NCBI GenBank assembly: GCA_016935415.1
Contig: JAFGRA010000332.1
Location: forward strand, 1-60,252
DNA from: Anaerolineales bacterium
GTDB lineage: Bacteria; Chloroflexota; Anaerolineae; Anaerolineales; UBA11579
DNA length: 60,252 bases
Direction: 5' to 3'
Position 1 is the stretch's first letter; each line of letters starts with the position of its first letter. The notes below the pieces were generated by a model. The model was not told the DNA's origin. It did not search any database and was given only the letters and a program-made list of their open reading frames with translations. Of the stretch, positions 27,256 through 36,900 are shown in pieces. Both the position numbers and the translations under genes were made by a program.

Positions 27256-27273
27256 AAGTGATATATGTCACTT
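27256..27273. promoter_or_regulatory. GTGA-N6-TCAC palindrome (candidate CRP/FNR-type operator) upstream of metVF
   Basis: AAGTGATATATGTCACTT, with perfect 6-bp arms AAGTGA/TCACTT. Its centre is about 40 bp upstream of the TSS predicted from a TATAAA box (27232-27237, minus). Confidence 0.55.
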
Positions 27274-27293
27274 AACTGCAAGGATAATTGTCC

Positions 27294-28217
27294 TTATAAA
27301 CTCGGCAGCAGGTATTCATAAGCACTCAAGGCGGCTTTCGCACCCTCACCTACCGCGATCAATACCTGTTCACCATAAGTATTGGTCACGTCACCTGCGG
27401 CAAAGATACCCGGCATGCTGGTGCAGTTCAGTCCATCGACAACGATTCTGTCCTGCTCGTCCATATCAACCAGCCCTGCCACCATCTGTGCATTGGGGGT
27501 AAGCCCTAATTCCACGAATATGCTATCGGACTCGATTTTAACCTTTTTGCCAGCGGGGCTTTCCACAACGATCTGTTCTGCAAAATCCTCACCAAGCACT
27601 TCAACGACCTTATAGTCGTTATAAATCTCGACATTCTCCCGACCATTTAGAAATCGGCCAAGGTCTGTCTCCAGCATGCCTCCGCAAACACCGACCAGGT
27701 GCACCATTTTTGCCACAACGGCGAGTTCAGCCGCCGCGCGCAGTGCCAGTTTGCAGTCCCCAACCACAACCGTTGTGCGGTCAATGAACAATGGAGCATA
27801 ACTAACCGCCGAATAGCATAAGCCGCGCATGATAAACTTCTTCTCGCCGGGCACATCCAGTAGCTTTTGCTTCGCGCCCGAAGCGATCAACACCGCCTTG
27901 GTTTTTAATTCCGCTCCGCCGCGCGTCCGCACCACAAAATGATCTTCTCGCTTTTCGACACGATCAACGGCTTCCATGTGCCGGGCAAAATTCAAATATT
28001 CCAACTCACTTTTGAAGCTGTTGACCACATCCAAACCGCGAATCACGTGGTAATCCTTCACCCACGGGAGCGCCAGCCGGTAACTGGTCTTACCGCCCAG
28101 GTCCTTGGAAACCATCAGTACATTTAATTTCTTACGAATGGCATACATGGTTGCCGTCAGTCCCGCCGGGCCGCCCCCTACCACGATCAAGTCACATAAT
28201 ATAGATTTATTCATCAT
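27294..28217 (-). CDS. thioredoxin-reductase-fold flavoprotein lacking the CxxC redox centre
   Basis: FAD motifs VVGGGPAGLTA and GIFAAGDVT are present. The TrxB CxxC position reads CYSAVS, and the second dinucleotide motif reads VVVGDCKLA. GAGGTGA RBS. Confidence 0.8.
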   Translation of the reverse strand: MMNKSILCDLIVVGGGPAGLTATMYAIRKKLNVLMVSKDLGGKTSYRLALPWVKDYHVIRGLDVVNSFKSELEYLNFARHMEAVDRVEKREDHFVVRTRGGAELKTKAVLIASGAKQKLLDVPGEKKFIMRGLCYSAVSYAPLFIDRTTVVVGDCKLALRAAAELAVVAKMVHLVGVCGGMLETDLGRFLNGRENVEIYNDYKVVEVLGEDFAEQIVVESPAGKKVKIESDSIFVELGLTPNAQMVAGLVDMDEQDRIVVDGLNCTSMPGIFAAGDVTNTYGEQVLIAVGEGAKAALSAYEYLLPSL

Positions 28218-28242
28218 TCACCTCATGTCGCCATCCCCATGC

Positions 28243-29601
28243 TCAATCACTTTCAGGCTCGGCGATGAAGCCCTTTTCCATCATCATGCTTGTAATTGCC
28301 TGGGCGCGCCGGATAACGGACATGGCGTGCGCATAGAGTTCTTCATAACTCTTTTCCAGCCGGGCCAACCCCTGTTCCTGGGCCTTCATACCCACAGCCG
28401 CAGCCTCAAGCGCATAAATTTCCAAATCGCGCATGGTCGGCAGAATATGTTCCGCATCCAACCGGTCGCCGATCTGGTTTGCCAGCGCCTCGGCGGCCGC
28501 AAAGCACATCTCATCGGTAATTGTATGGGCACGCACGTCCAACGTGCCGCGGAAGATTCCCGGGAATCCCAGTGAGTTGTTGACCTGATTGGGGAAGTCC
28601 GAGCGTCCGGTCGCTATAATCGCCGCTCCAGCTTCCTTGGCGTCCCACGGCCAGATCTCCGGGATAGGATTGGCAGCCGCAAACACGATTGGATCGGGAG
28701 CCATGGTCTTGATCCATTCCGGCTTGACCGTATCCGGCCCCGGCTTGGAGTAGCAAATGATGGCATCCATCTCTTTCATCGCATCGGGAATATGACCCTG
28801 GCGGCCTTCCTCATTGGTGATCTGGCACAAGCGCCACTGCGCCGTAAATTCATCTTTGCGCAGTTCATAATCGCGCCGGAATTTTCCCAAGATGCCATCG
28901 ACATCGACCATCACGCATTTAGCCGGATCAATGCCCCAGGCAAAAGCCAACCTTGCAACCGCTACATTGGCGGCTCCACAGCCGATAAAGCCAATGCGCA
29001 CATCTCCTTTCTGCTTGCCAACAACTTTCAGGGCGTTCATCAAACCGGCCAGTGTAACCGTAGCCGTGCCCTGTTGGTCATCGTGCCAGATCGGGATATC
29101 GGCTTTCTCGCGCAGTGTATCCAGGATGCGGAAACACTTTGGTTGGGAGATATCTTCCAAATTCACCCCACCCAACCCTGGCTGCATCATCAGCACGGTA
29201 TCGATGATCTTGCCGGGATCCTTGGTATCCAACATAATTGGGAAACTATCGACACCCCCCAGGTATTTGAACAGCAAAGCTTTCCCTTCCATCACCGGAA
29301 GGCCAGCTTTTGGACCAATATCACCCAACCCCAGCACGCGCGTCCCGTCGCTAACCACCGCGACAGTATTCCACTTATTGGTATATTCGTATACCAGTTC
29401 GGGGTCTTCGGCAATTGCCCGGCAAGGTGCCGCCACGCCTGGTGTGTACCAAAGCGCGAAATCGCTGAAATCACGCACCGCACACTTCAGAACAGTTTCA
29501 ATCTTGCCCTTATAGAAGGGATGCAGTTTCATCGCGTCTGCAGCCGGTTTCTTTGCCTTTGCTAATAACGCATCAATATCAACGGCTTTCTCGTAAGCCA
29601 T
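28243..29601 (-). CDS. maeB: NAD(P)-dependent malic enzyme (short, MaeB N-domain type)
   Basis: YTPGVA, VSDGTRVLGLGDIG, PVMEGKALLFK and GCGAANVA are typical malic enzyme motifs. No PTA domain is present. Confidence 0.9.
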   Translation of the reverse strand: MAYEKAVDIDALLAKAKKPAADAMKLHPFYKGKIETVLKCAVRDFSDFALWYTPGVAAPCRAIAEDPELVYEYTNKWNTVAVVSDGTRVLGLGDIGPKAGLPVMEGKALLFKYLGGVDSFPIMLDTKDPGKIIDTVLMMQPGLGGVNLEDISQPKCFRILDTLREKADIPIWHDDQQGTATVTLAGLMNALKVVGKQKGDVRIGFIGCGAANVAVARLAFAWGIDPAKCVMVDVDGILGKFRRDYELRKDEFTAQWRLCQITNEEGRQGHIPDAMKEMDAIICYSKPGPDTVKPEWIKTMAPDPIVFAAANPIPEIWPWDAKEAGAAIIATGRSDFPNQVNNSLGFPGIFRGTLDVRAHTITDEMCFAAAEALANQIGDRLDAEHILPTMRDLEIYALEAAAVGMKAQEQGLARLEKSYEELYAHAMSVIRRAQAITSMMMEKGFIAEPESD

Positions 29602-29656
29602 GGATTTATTCTCCTGTAGAGAAGTGAATATTAGGTAGCACTTTCCTTCTACTCTA

Positions 29657-29688
29657 GAAAAAACTTCGATTTAGTTCAATCGAAGTTT
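29657..29688 (-). terminator. intrinsic terminator ending the acs operon
   Basis: Minus strand: AACTTCGAT...ATCGAAGTT stem followed by TTTTTTC, about 20 nt after the acsE stop. Confidence 0.75.
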
Positions 29689-29706
29689 TCAATCTTTTGT
29701 TTATTA

Positions 29707-30630
29707 CTACTGCTCCAGATATGAGTCCGCGTAGATCACTTTGTTGAGCAGAATTTGAACTGTCTTCCAAATCTCCACCTGCTCGGGATCGCTCATGTCA
29801 ACGTCTTCGAGCTGTGGCTCCTCCATATTCGCAATCCGATCGGCGATCTTGAGATACAACTTACCGACAGGTGTACTCTCATCGCGATTCTCGATCGTGT
29901 GGATCACTTTCCACAGTTCCTGGTCAAGCGGATCGGCGATCATCATTTGCAGCCCGACGCCCATCAACATGGCGCAGTATACCTGGTTGATCAGATGCCG
30001 GTTTTCGTTGGGCACGGCATTGGAAACATTGGACAGGCCCACAGAAATCGTGGGCGGCGGGTCCCAGGCGAACTGTAAGGTGCGCACAGCCTCGAGCAAT
30101 TCTGGGCAATACTCCTGGCAGCCGGAGACAGTCAATACGAGCGGGTCGATGATCAAGTCTTCGATTGGAAAATCAATTTCTAGCATGCGCGGAATCAACG
30201 ACTCCAACGCAATACCCACGCGCTCGTCTGCGCCAACCGGGATGCCACTTTTCGTCATCGTCAGCGCGATCAGCTTGGTGTTGTACTTCTTCGCCAACAG
30301 CGGCACTTTCTCCAGGCGTTCCGCCTCGGCAGACGTGGAATTGATGATCGGTTGCGCCTTAGTGACCGTTTTTAATCCAGCCTCAATAGCGTTCACGTTG
30401 GTGCTATCAAATACCAACGGTACATCGACCACCGCCTCAACCGCCTTGGTTACCCAGGGGATGACTTCATCGTAATCCTTCTTGCGTGGCCCCAGGTTGA
30501 TATCTACGGCAGACGCGCCGCCCTCAACCTGTTTCACAGCCATTTCCTGGAAGAATTCGGCATCGCGCTCCGCCAGCGCATTCTTCACTTTTTGAGAAAT
30601 AATATGGATGTTCTCGCCAATTATGTACAT
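29707..30630 (-). CDS. acsE: methyltetrahydrofolate:corrinoid/iron-sulfur protein methyltransferase
   Basis: Pterin-binding (DHPS-like) barrel with the N-terminus IIGENIHI, a DINLG motif and acs-operon context. AAGGAG RBS. Confidence 0.85.
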   Translation of the reverse strand: MYIIGENIHIISQKVKNALAERDAEFFQEMAVKQVEGGASAVDINLGPRKKDYDEVIPWVTKAVEAVVDVPLVFDSTNVNAIEAGLKTVTKAQPIINSTSAEAERLEKVPLLAKKYNTKLIALTMTKSGIPVGADERVGIALESLIPRMLEIDFPIEDLIIDPLVLTVSGCQEYCPELLEAVRTLQFAWDPPPTISVGLSNVSNAVPNENRHLINQVYCAMLMGVGLQMMIADPLDQELWKVIHTIENRDESTPVGKLYLKIADRIANMEEPQLEDVDMSDPEQVEIWKTVQILLNKVIYADSYLEQ

Positions 30631-30671
30631 AGGTTTACTCCTTATTTTGCTTACTAGTGCACATTTTCCAA

Positions 30672-32597
30672 TTATTTTACAGATTCCATCATTTTCGCCA
30701 CGGTCGGGAAACGGTTCATATCCGTGTGCGGTAAAAACAAAGCTGACATAAATGCATCATAGAATGAATTATCCGCCGACAGTTCAATATAGGTCATCCG
30801 CGAAGCAATGCCCCGAATGCGTTCGCGCCGCTGATAATCGATCAAAGCCAGATAGGAACCCTGCACAGATGTATTTCCCAGGAAATGGAAATTCTCCCAG
30901 GGCATGTCCGGCAGCAAACCAATCTGCACGGCTTTCTCTACGTTGATGTATTTACCAAACGAACCACCAATCAGCACCTGCTCGACCATTTCCAGAGGGA
31001 CGCCCACACTATCAGCCAGGATTGTGTACCCGGCGTAGATCGCCGCTTTGGCACGCAGAAGATTATCGATGTCAACGTGTGTGATCACAATATCTTCACC
31101 GTGGGCGGTCTCATCCGCCCAGGCAATCACGTATTCACCGCCATGCTCACCCTGGCGCGTGCGTGGCGTATCCAATTCCACCTGCACGTTTCCGGCCTTG
31201 TCCAGCACGCCGGTAAGGAACATTTCCGCGATCAAGCTGATCAGAGCACTGCCGCACAGTCCCTGGGGCTTCACATTGCCGATCACGCGATAGGATGGCT
31301 CGTAATCTTCAGCATTCACCCAGACTTCTTCAATCGCCCCTTTAGTGGCGCGCATACCATCTTTGACACCCGCGCCCTCAAAAGCCGGTCCGGCAGATGC
31401 CGCGCAAGTTACCAACCACTCGCGGGAACCCAGCACAATCTCGCCATTGGTGCCCACGTCCATGAAAAGTGTGGTCTTTTCGGTATCATCCATCCCAGAC
31501 GATAGCACACCCGCAGTAATATCCGCTCCCACGTAGCTCGCCACGCCGGGCAGACAGTCGACGCTGGCCTCTGGGTGGATTTTGATGTCAATCTCACCCG
31601 CCATCAGCGATGGAATCAGATTGATGCCGGTTACAAATGGATCAAGCCGAATGCTGACTGCCGGAATATCCAGCAGCAGGTGGATCATCGTCGAGTTGCC
31701 AGTAATCGTCATCTTGACGATTTTTTCCTGATCGGCCTGGGCGCGCTTGCAAGCGCGTTCGAGCAGTTCATCGATCGTACCAATTACAAGTTGGCTCAAT
31801 TCCTGGCCGCCCGTCCCCTTACCGGCGTACACGATGCGCGAGATCACGTCTTCACCGCGCGCGATCTGCCCGTTGTACTCAGCCACCTGAGCCGCTACTT
31901 CTCCAGTCAGTAAGTTAACCAGCCATAATGACACGGTGGTCGTGCCAATGTCCACCGCCGCGCCCCAAAGGGGCTCCTCCGCGGCGGTATTTCCTGGCAA
32001 CAAGTCGATCAGGCGCGCCTCGCATTCTGGACAATCCCAAATATGCGTCTCCAGCACAGCCGTTACCTGCCAACCGCTTTCTCGCAGTACAGCCCCGATC
32101 TTGCGCAGCAAGCCAAGGGAAGCCTTGATACCTTCCAAATTGGTTTCCTGACGTAAGGCGCGCTGCAAACGGCTCCAATCATCGGTCTGGTCTTCCATCG
32201 ACGGCGGTTCAATCGTCAGGTTGTAGCGCTTGATCGTTTGGGCTTGTTCGGGCACATATCCATCTGGAACGCGGACTTCTGCCGCGGTGCGGTCGGTCGT
32301 CAGGCGCCGTTGGATCTTTTCTTGCGGCGGGACGACAACAGAGACATCCCCCTCGATGACCGTCTGGCACGCCAAGGCGTAGCCTTCAGCAATGTCTTCT
32401 TCGGACAAACGCAGCGAACTACGCCGCCGGGCCGTGCCCTCCGTGATCTGCACAGCACATCGGCCACAACGGCCTTGTCCGCCGCATGGTTGCATGACTT
32501 CGACACCAGCCTCTTTTGCCGCCTCGACCAATAAAGTGCCGGTCGGGACGAATACAGGTTCGGGGCTGGTGTCGAAGGTTACTTTATGTTCAGCCAT
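30672..32597 (-). CDS. acsV: corrinoid activation/regeneration protein (RACo-type: 2Fe-2S ferredoxin + ASKHA ATPase)
   Basis: N-terminal plant-type 2Fe-2S domain (CGGQGRCGRCAV...C) followed by an ASKHA/DUF4445-like domain (DIGTTTV, DVGTNGE). Confidence 0.85.
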   Translation of the reverse strand: MAEHKVTFDTSPEPVFVPTGTLLVEAAKEAGVEVMQPCGGQGRCGRCAVQITEGTARRRSSLRLSEEDIAEGYALACQTVIEGDVSVVVPPQEKIQRRLTTDRTAAEVRVPDGYVPEQAQTIKRYNLTIEPPSMEDQTDDWSRLQRALRQETNLEGIKASLGLLRKIGAVLRESGWQVTAVLETHIWDCPECEARLIDLLPGNTAAEEPLWGAAVDIGTTTVSLWLVNLLTGEVAAQVAEYNGQIARGEDVISRIVYAGKGTGGQELSQLVIGTIDELLERACKRAQADQEKIVKMTITGNSTMIHLLLDIPAVSIRLDPFVTGINLIPSLMAGEIDIKIHPEASVDCLPGVASYVGADITAGVLSSGMDDTEKTTLFMDVGTNGEIVLGSREWLVTCAASAGPAFEGAGVKDGMRATKGAIEEVWVNAEDYEPSYRVIGNVKPQGLCGSALISLIAEMFLTGVLDKAGNVQVELDTPRTRQGEHGGEYVIAWADETAHGEDIVITHVDIDNLLRAKAAIYAGYTILADSVGVPLEMVEQVLIGGSFGKYINVEKAVQIGLLPDMPWENFHFLGNTSVQGSYLALIDYQRRERIRGIASRMTYIELSADNSFYDAFMSALFLPHTDMNRFPTVAKMMESVK

Positions 32598-32628
32598 ATT
32601 GCCTTTTCAGGCGCAGCAGCGAAAACCG

Positions 32629-33969
32629 CTAAAGCGCTTGTTTCATGAAGGCCGGTAGGTCAATCGCCTCGCGCGGGCCAACGCGCACTTCCCAGTCCGG
32701 GAGTTCTTCTTCTAACTCACCAGAAAGCACGGCAACATGGCCTGGCAGCACGATGCGTTTATTGCTGACCTTGTCAGGCAGGTTGAAACGCTTGACGTCC
32801 TTGGCGATCCGTTCGGCATCGAACTTTCCAGCCGCCCAGGCAGTGAGTACGCTCATACCTTCTGCGTCACAGACCAGCAACCAGGCCGGCAAGCCCGTGC
32901 CCTCGACTTCATTGGCAACACTGAAATACGTGATGCTGAAGTTCGTTGTTACCAGCACCGGGTCGTCAGGTGTAGGATCATTGATCGCATACACATCTGG
33001 CTGTACCTGGATTGGTTTCTGCGGGTCGGTGTAGATGTTCTCGCGCAGAACCAATAGGGCATACACCAATTCAGGTGTAAAAGTATCCAATACCACGAAA
33101 CCGGCGTATTTGGCAATTGCCTGCGCAGCTTGTGCGGATTCCTTCGCATAGCTCCCCGCATCACCGGGGAAGGCAATGATCGGGAACCCAACCAGGCGGA
33201 AGTTCTTCTTGATCGCCAGACGGCGCAGGATCGTATTCTGTTCCAATCCATCGCGCAGGTTACGTCCACCGGGGTCGAGGACGATGTCCTTGATACCCTT
33301 TCCCTGGACTTTCTCGCTCAAATCAACCAGGTCATCCAGCGTATCGGCAGTGATCGCCAACGGAACATTGTACTTCGATGCCAGACCAGCCATCGCCTCC
33401 CAATTATCCGGGGTGGCCGCGTACAGCAAGGGGGTCTCACCCTCCAGGCTGCCCAGCCCCGCCGAAAGCACATCAGGATCGTTACCAACCAGAATCAGAG
33501 GTTTCTCAGAAACCTCTCGCACAGCCTTGATCGCAGCCACAAAGACATCAGCACTACCTTGTGCTGCTTCGACAGCAAAGCCATCCAATTCCAGGTCGAT
33601 ACCAACGTAATTGACCTTATAAGCATTTGCCGGTTCGATCTTGGCCTTGATATCCTCAACGGATTCGTCATCATACACGCGCACGAATAGGCCGGGTTTA
33701 TTATAGAAAGTCTTCTCGTGCCGGAAAAGCACAATCTCGTTGCCAGACTGGATTTCATGTCCATCGGCTGACATCTTGATCAACCGGACGGGCGGCTGGG
33801 ATGATTCTGCCAGTTGTGCCCGGGACTCTTCGCTTACATGCGGGCACGCATCCAACTCAACCTGCTTCGCCGCCAACTTCATCGCGAAAGCCAGGCAGGT
33901 AGGGAACCCACAATCCTTGCAGTTGGTCTGCGGGAGCATTTTGTAAATTTGAATACCACTTAGGGCCAT
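32629..33969 (-). CDS. acsC: corrinoid iron-sulfur protein large subunit
   Basis: N-terminal 4Fe-4S motif NCKDCGFPTCLAFAMKLA...CP followed by TIM-barrel and B12-binding regions. GGAG RBS. Confidence 0.9.
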   Translation of the reverse strand: MALSGIQIYKMLPQTNCKDCGFPTCLAFAMKLAAKQVELDACPHVSEESRAQLAESSQPPVRLIKMSADGHEIQSGNEIVLFRHEKTFYNKPGLFVRVYDDESVEDIKAKIEPANAYKVNYVGIDLELDGFAVEAAQGSADVFVAAIKAVREVSEKPLILVGNDPDVLSAGLGSLEGETPLLYAATPDNWEAMAGLASKYNVPLAITADTLDDLVDLSEKVQGKGIKDIVLDPGGRNLRDGLEQNTILRRLAIKKNFRLVGFPIIAFPGDAGSYAKESAQAAQAIAKYAGFVVLDTFTPELVYALLVLRENIYTDPQKPIQVQPDVYAINDPTPDDPVLVTTNFSITYFSVANEVEGTGLPAWLLVCDAEGMSVLTAWAAGKFDAERIAKDVKRFNLPDKVSNKRIVLPGHVAVLSGELEEELPDWEVRVGPREAIDLPAFMKQAL

Positions 33970-33987
33970 TTTGTCACTCCAATCTCG

Positions 33988-36900
33988 CTACGCCGATTCC
34001 AGGTCGTCAATTACGTCTTTGACGCGTTGCACGCTCACCGGGTGGCGCAAGATCACGATATCACCACCGGATTCGATCAATGCCGTCGTCGTCAGAGTTT
34101 CCCAGGTGATGCCGCGTTCTTCCCAATCGCCCCAGGCATCCGGCACATCATCACCGACCTTCGATTCCTTGGTCTTCCAGGTCTCGTAACCAATCGACAG
34201 AATCATCGGCATTTGTGTCGTCGAGTCGCCCTGCAGGGCGGCCATGCGCAGGCGTTCCATCACCGAGTAACCATACTCGATACCATATCCGAGCGCGCCG
34301 ACTGTCGGGTCCATCACAATGCGATCTAACGGCATCCCCATATCACTAATCAGAATATTGAGCTGCTTCGCCAGGTTGACGTCCATGGCTGTCCGGGCAG
34401 TCACTAAGTGTCCGTTTGCCATGGCCGAAGCCACAATCGTACGGTAGTTCTTGTCCTCGCAAATGCCCAACAAAAGTCGCTCACCTTTGGTAGCTTCAGC
34501 AACCGGGACGAGCAGTTCGTTATCCATGTCAGCCTGGCCGGGGCCATACACGATCAATGGCAAACCGGTTGCGTCAAGAACAGATTTGACAACCTTGACA
34601 GCGTTTTCTGGGGTATTCGGGTTGCCATCGCCATCTGTCAGGCTCAGCGTCAACTGAATGACATCTGCGCCCTTTTCTTCGGCCGCCTTGGCCCACTTCG
34701 CCGGATCGTCGAGTACATCACCCCATTCTTTCAGGAGTAGTTCAGACCAATCCTCTGGGCGTTTGTCCAGGATTTCGATCCCGATCACGGCTTTGTTCGG
34801 TGCCGCGGCTTCGAAGTTCAGGTGTGGCAGTGTCTTTTGTCCGCCTACATTCACGGTATTGGTGCGAGTGCCTCCATCAGCCGCTGTAGCGCCTAGGGTT
34901 ACTTCCAGCACAGAGCCAGCCCAAGTATCTTTCGGCACCTCGGTCTTGGTGTCTGCTGTCATCCAGGGTTTATCAGATTTCGGTTTAGCCCTGCGAGCAG
35001 GTCGCCCCTCGCTGGATTCCTTGACTGGAGCTACCACAGCAGGCACAACCGGCATACTTTCGGTCGGGATTTGGAGTTGCTCCATATCCACACCGCCGAG
35101 TTCAGCCAACGCAGCAACCAGAGCTTTACGCAAGATATTCACGGCGCGCTCTGCCGATGAGCCGTCGACCGGAGCTTGCGGCATTGCCGCAGCAGGTTTG
35201 ACTTCCGCTTTTGGCGGTTCCGGCTTTACCGGTTCAGGCGCAGGTTCTTCTGCTTTCGGCTCCGCTTGTTTAGGCTTTTGCGCTGCAGCCTCAACGACAG
35301 CTTCAGCCTGAGCGATTACGTCCGCCTCAGAGTCTTCATCAGCCGTGGCTGCGGCAGCTTCGGCAGCCTTGGTCTGCATCGATTCCATATCGAGCACCGG
35401 GTGTTGCTTTTCTTTCACCCAGGCCAGCAACTGCTCAACGTCGGTCACAGTTTCGCTGTCGGCAATGCGGTCGATCAGGTCAGGGATTCCCTCCCGTTCG
35501 GCCACAGCCTGGAATTCCATCGACATGGTCTCCTTGAGATTCTTGCTCATCCAGACCACGCGCTTGAAACCGCCGTCCGCCGAGATGAACTTGGGGCTGA
35601 CCAGGTAGAACTTACCGACGCCCATCACACCAGGGGTCTGCAAACCGCCACCGGCGATACCGGCCAACGTGCTAAACTTCATTCCGGCCGGGGTCATGCC
35701 GGTATCTTCGCGGCTAACCACCATCACGCCATTCGCTTCAGGGATGAACATGACAATACATTCGAAGCAGCCGCAGGCCGTCATCGGGTTTTCCATGATG
35801 GAGTACATAGATATCGTATCGATGGCACCGTGCGAACCAGCCTTGGCATATTCGTTTGTGCCCGTGAAGTAACCGACCTCTTCGTTAATGGTTTTCTTCT
35901 TGGGGATCGGCTGGTTGGGGCCAGTCGGGTTGATGCTGAATGAAGCCTTGCAATCCAACCAGTTATACGCACCACATAGGCCCAGACGTTCCGGGCTGAC
36001 GATACATACGTGATCCGGCGCAAAGGACTGACACAGTGTACAGGAGTAGAATTCATCGACTGAAGTATCGGTCATGTCCGCCAGGCGCTTATTACGGAAG
36101 TCGTAGGCTTCGCGCGCCTCTGCCAGCCATTTGGCGTGTTCTTTGGGATCGGTATAGACCGTTACTTCAACTTTATCCACAATCGCGCCAAAATCAGCAT
36201 GGAAGCGGGCGTGCAGGATCTTGCCAAAGTGCTCCAGGTCGAAACCCTTCTCGGCTGCCGCATTCGAAATGCGGATCCAGGTAATGTCGCGCTGACCAAT
36301 GTGTTGGATACCGGAAGCGCCATTGACGAAGTCGTGAATTTGACGCTCGAGCACCGGCTCAAAGTCCTTCTGCATTTCACGTCCGGCCACCTTGACGACC
36401 ACGCCCATATCAATTGACCCACCAGGAGGCACATCGTCAAGCCCAGGGCCAACGATCTCAACTTTGCCGTCGGTGACCTCATCCAGCTTTGCCATCGAGA
36501 GATATTCGAAAGCTGTCGAGTTTTTGCCACCGAATTCCACTCGCATATCGGCGCGCCGTACAACCTCACCCTCGAAGGCAGAGCCGTAGGCCACTGGTAC
36601 CGGCACATCCGTCACCTTGATTTTGACGCCACGCACTTCAATGCATTTCTGCACCAGGCGTTCGGCTTTTTCCAAATCATCTGCGCCTTCGATTTCGTTG
36701 AAGGGCATACTGACCACATGCTCGTACTGGGTCACGCCGGTCGGCAAGATTTCGGGGATCACGGTATCGGCGATCACGGGGAAACCGAAATTGATCGCCC
36801 CAGCTGCCGCAGCATACTTGAGATCATCGACCTCCCCCAACGCCAACACGAAAGCGAATACACGTTCACGGTTGTAAAGCAAGATTTCGCGTGCTTGTCC

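Noticed and set aside
29602-29656. AAGTGA...GCACTT sequence upstream of the malic enzyme gene as a fifth copy of the shared operator.
   Set aside because: Only one half-site matches. The spacing to the second arm is 11-12 nt instead of 6.
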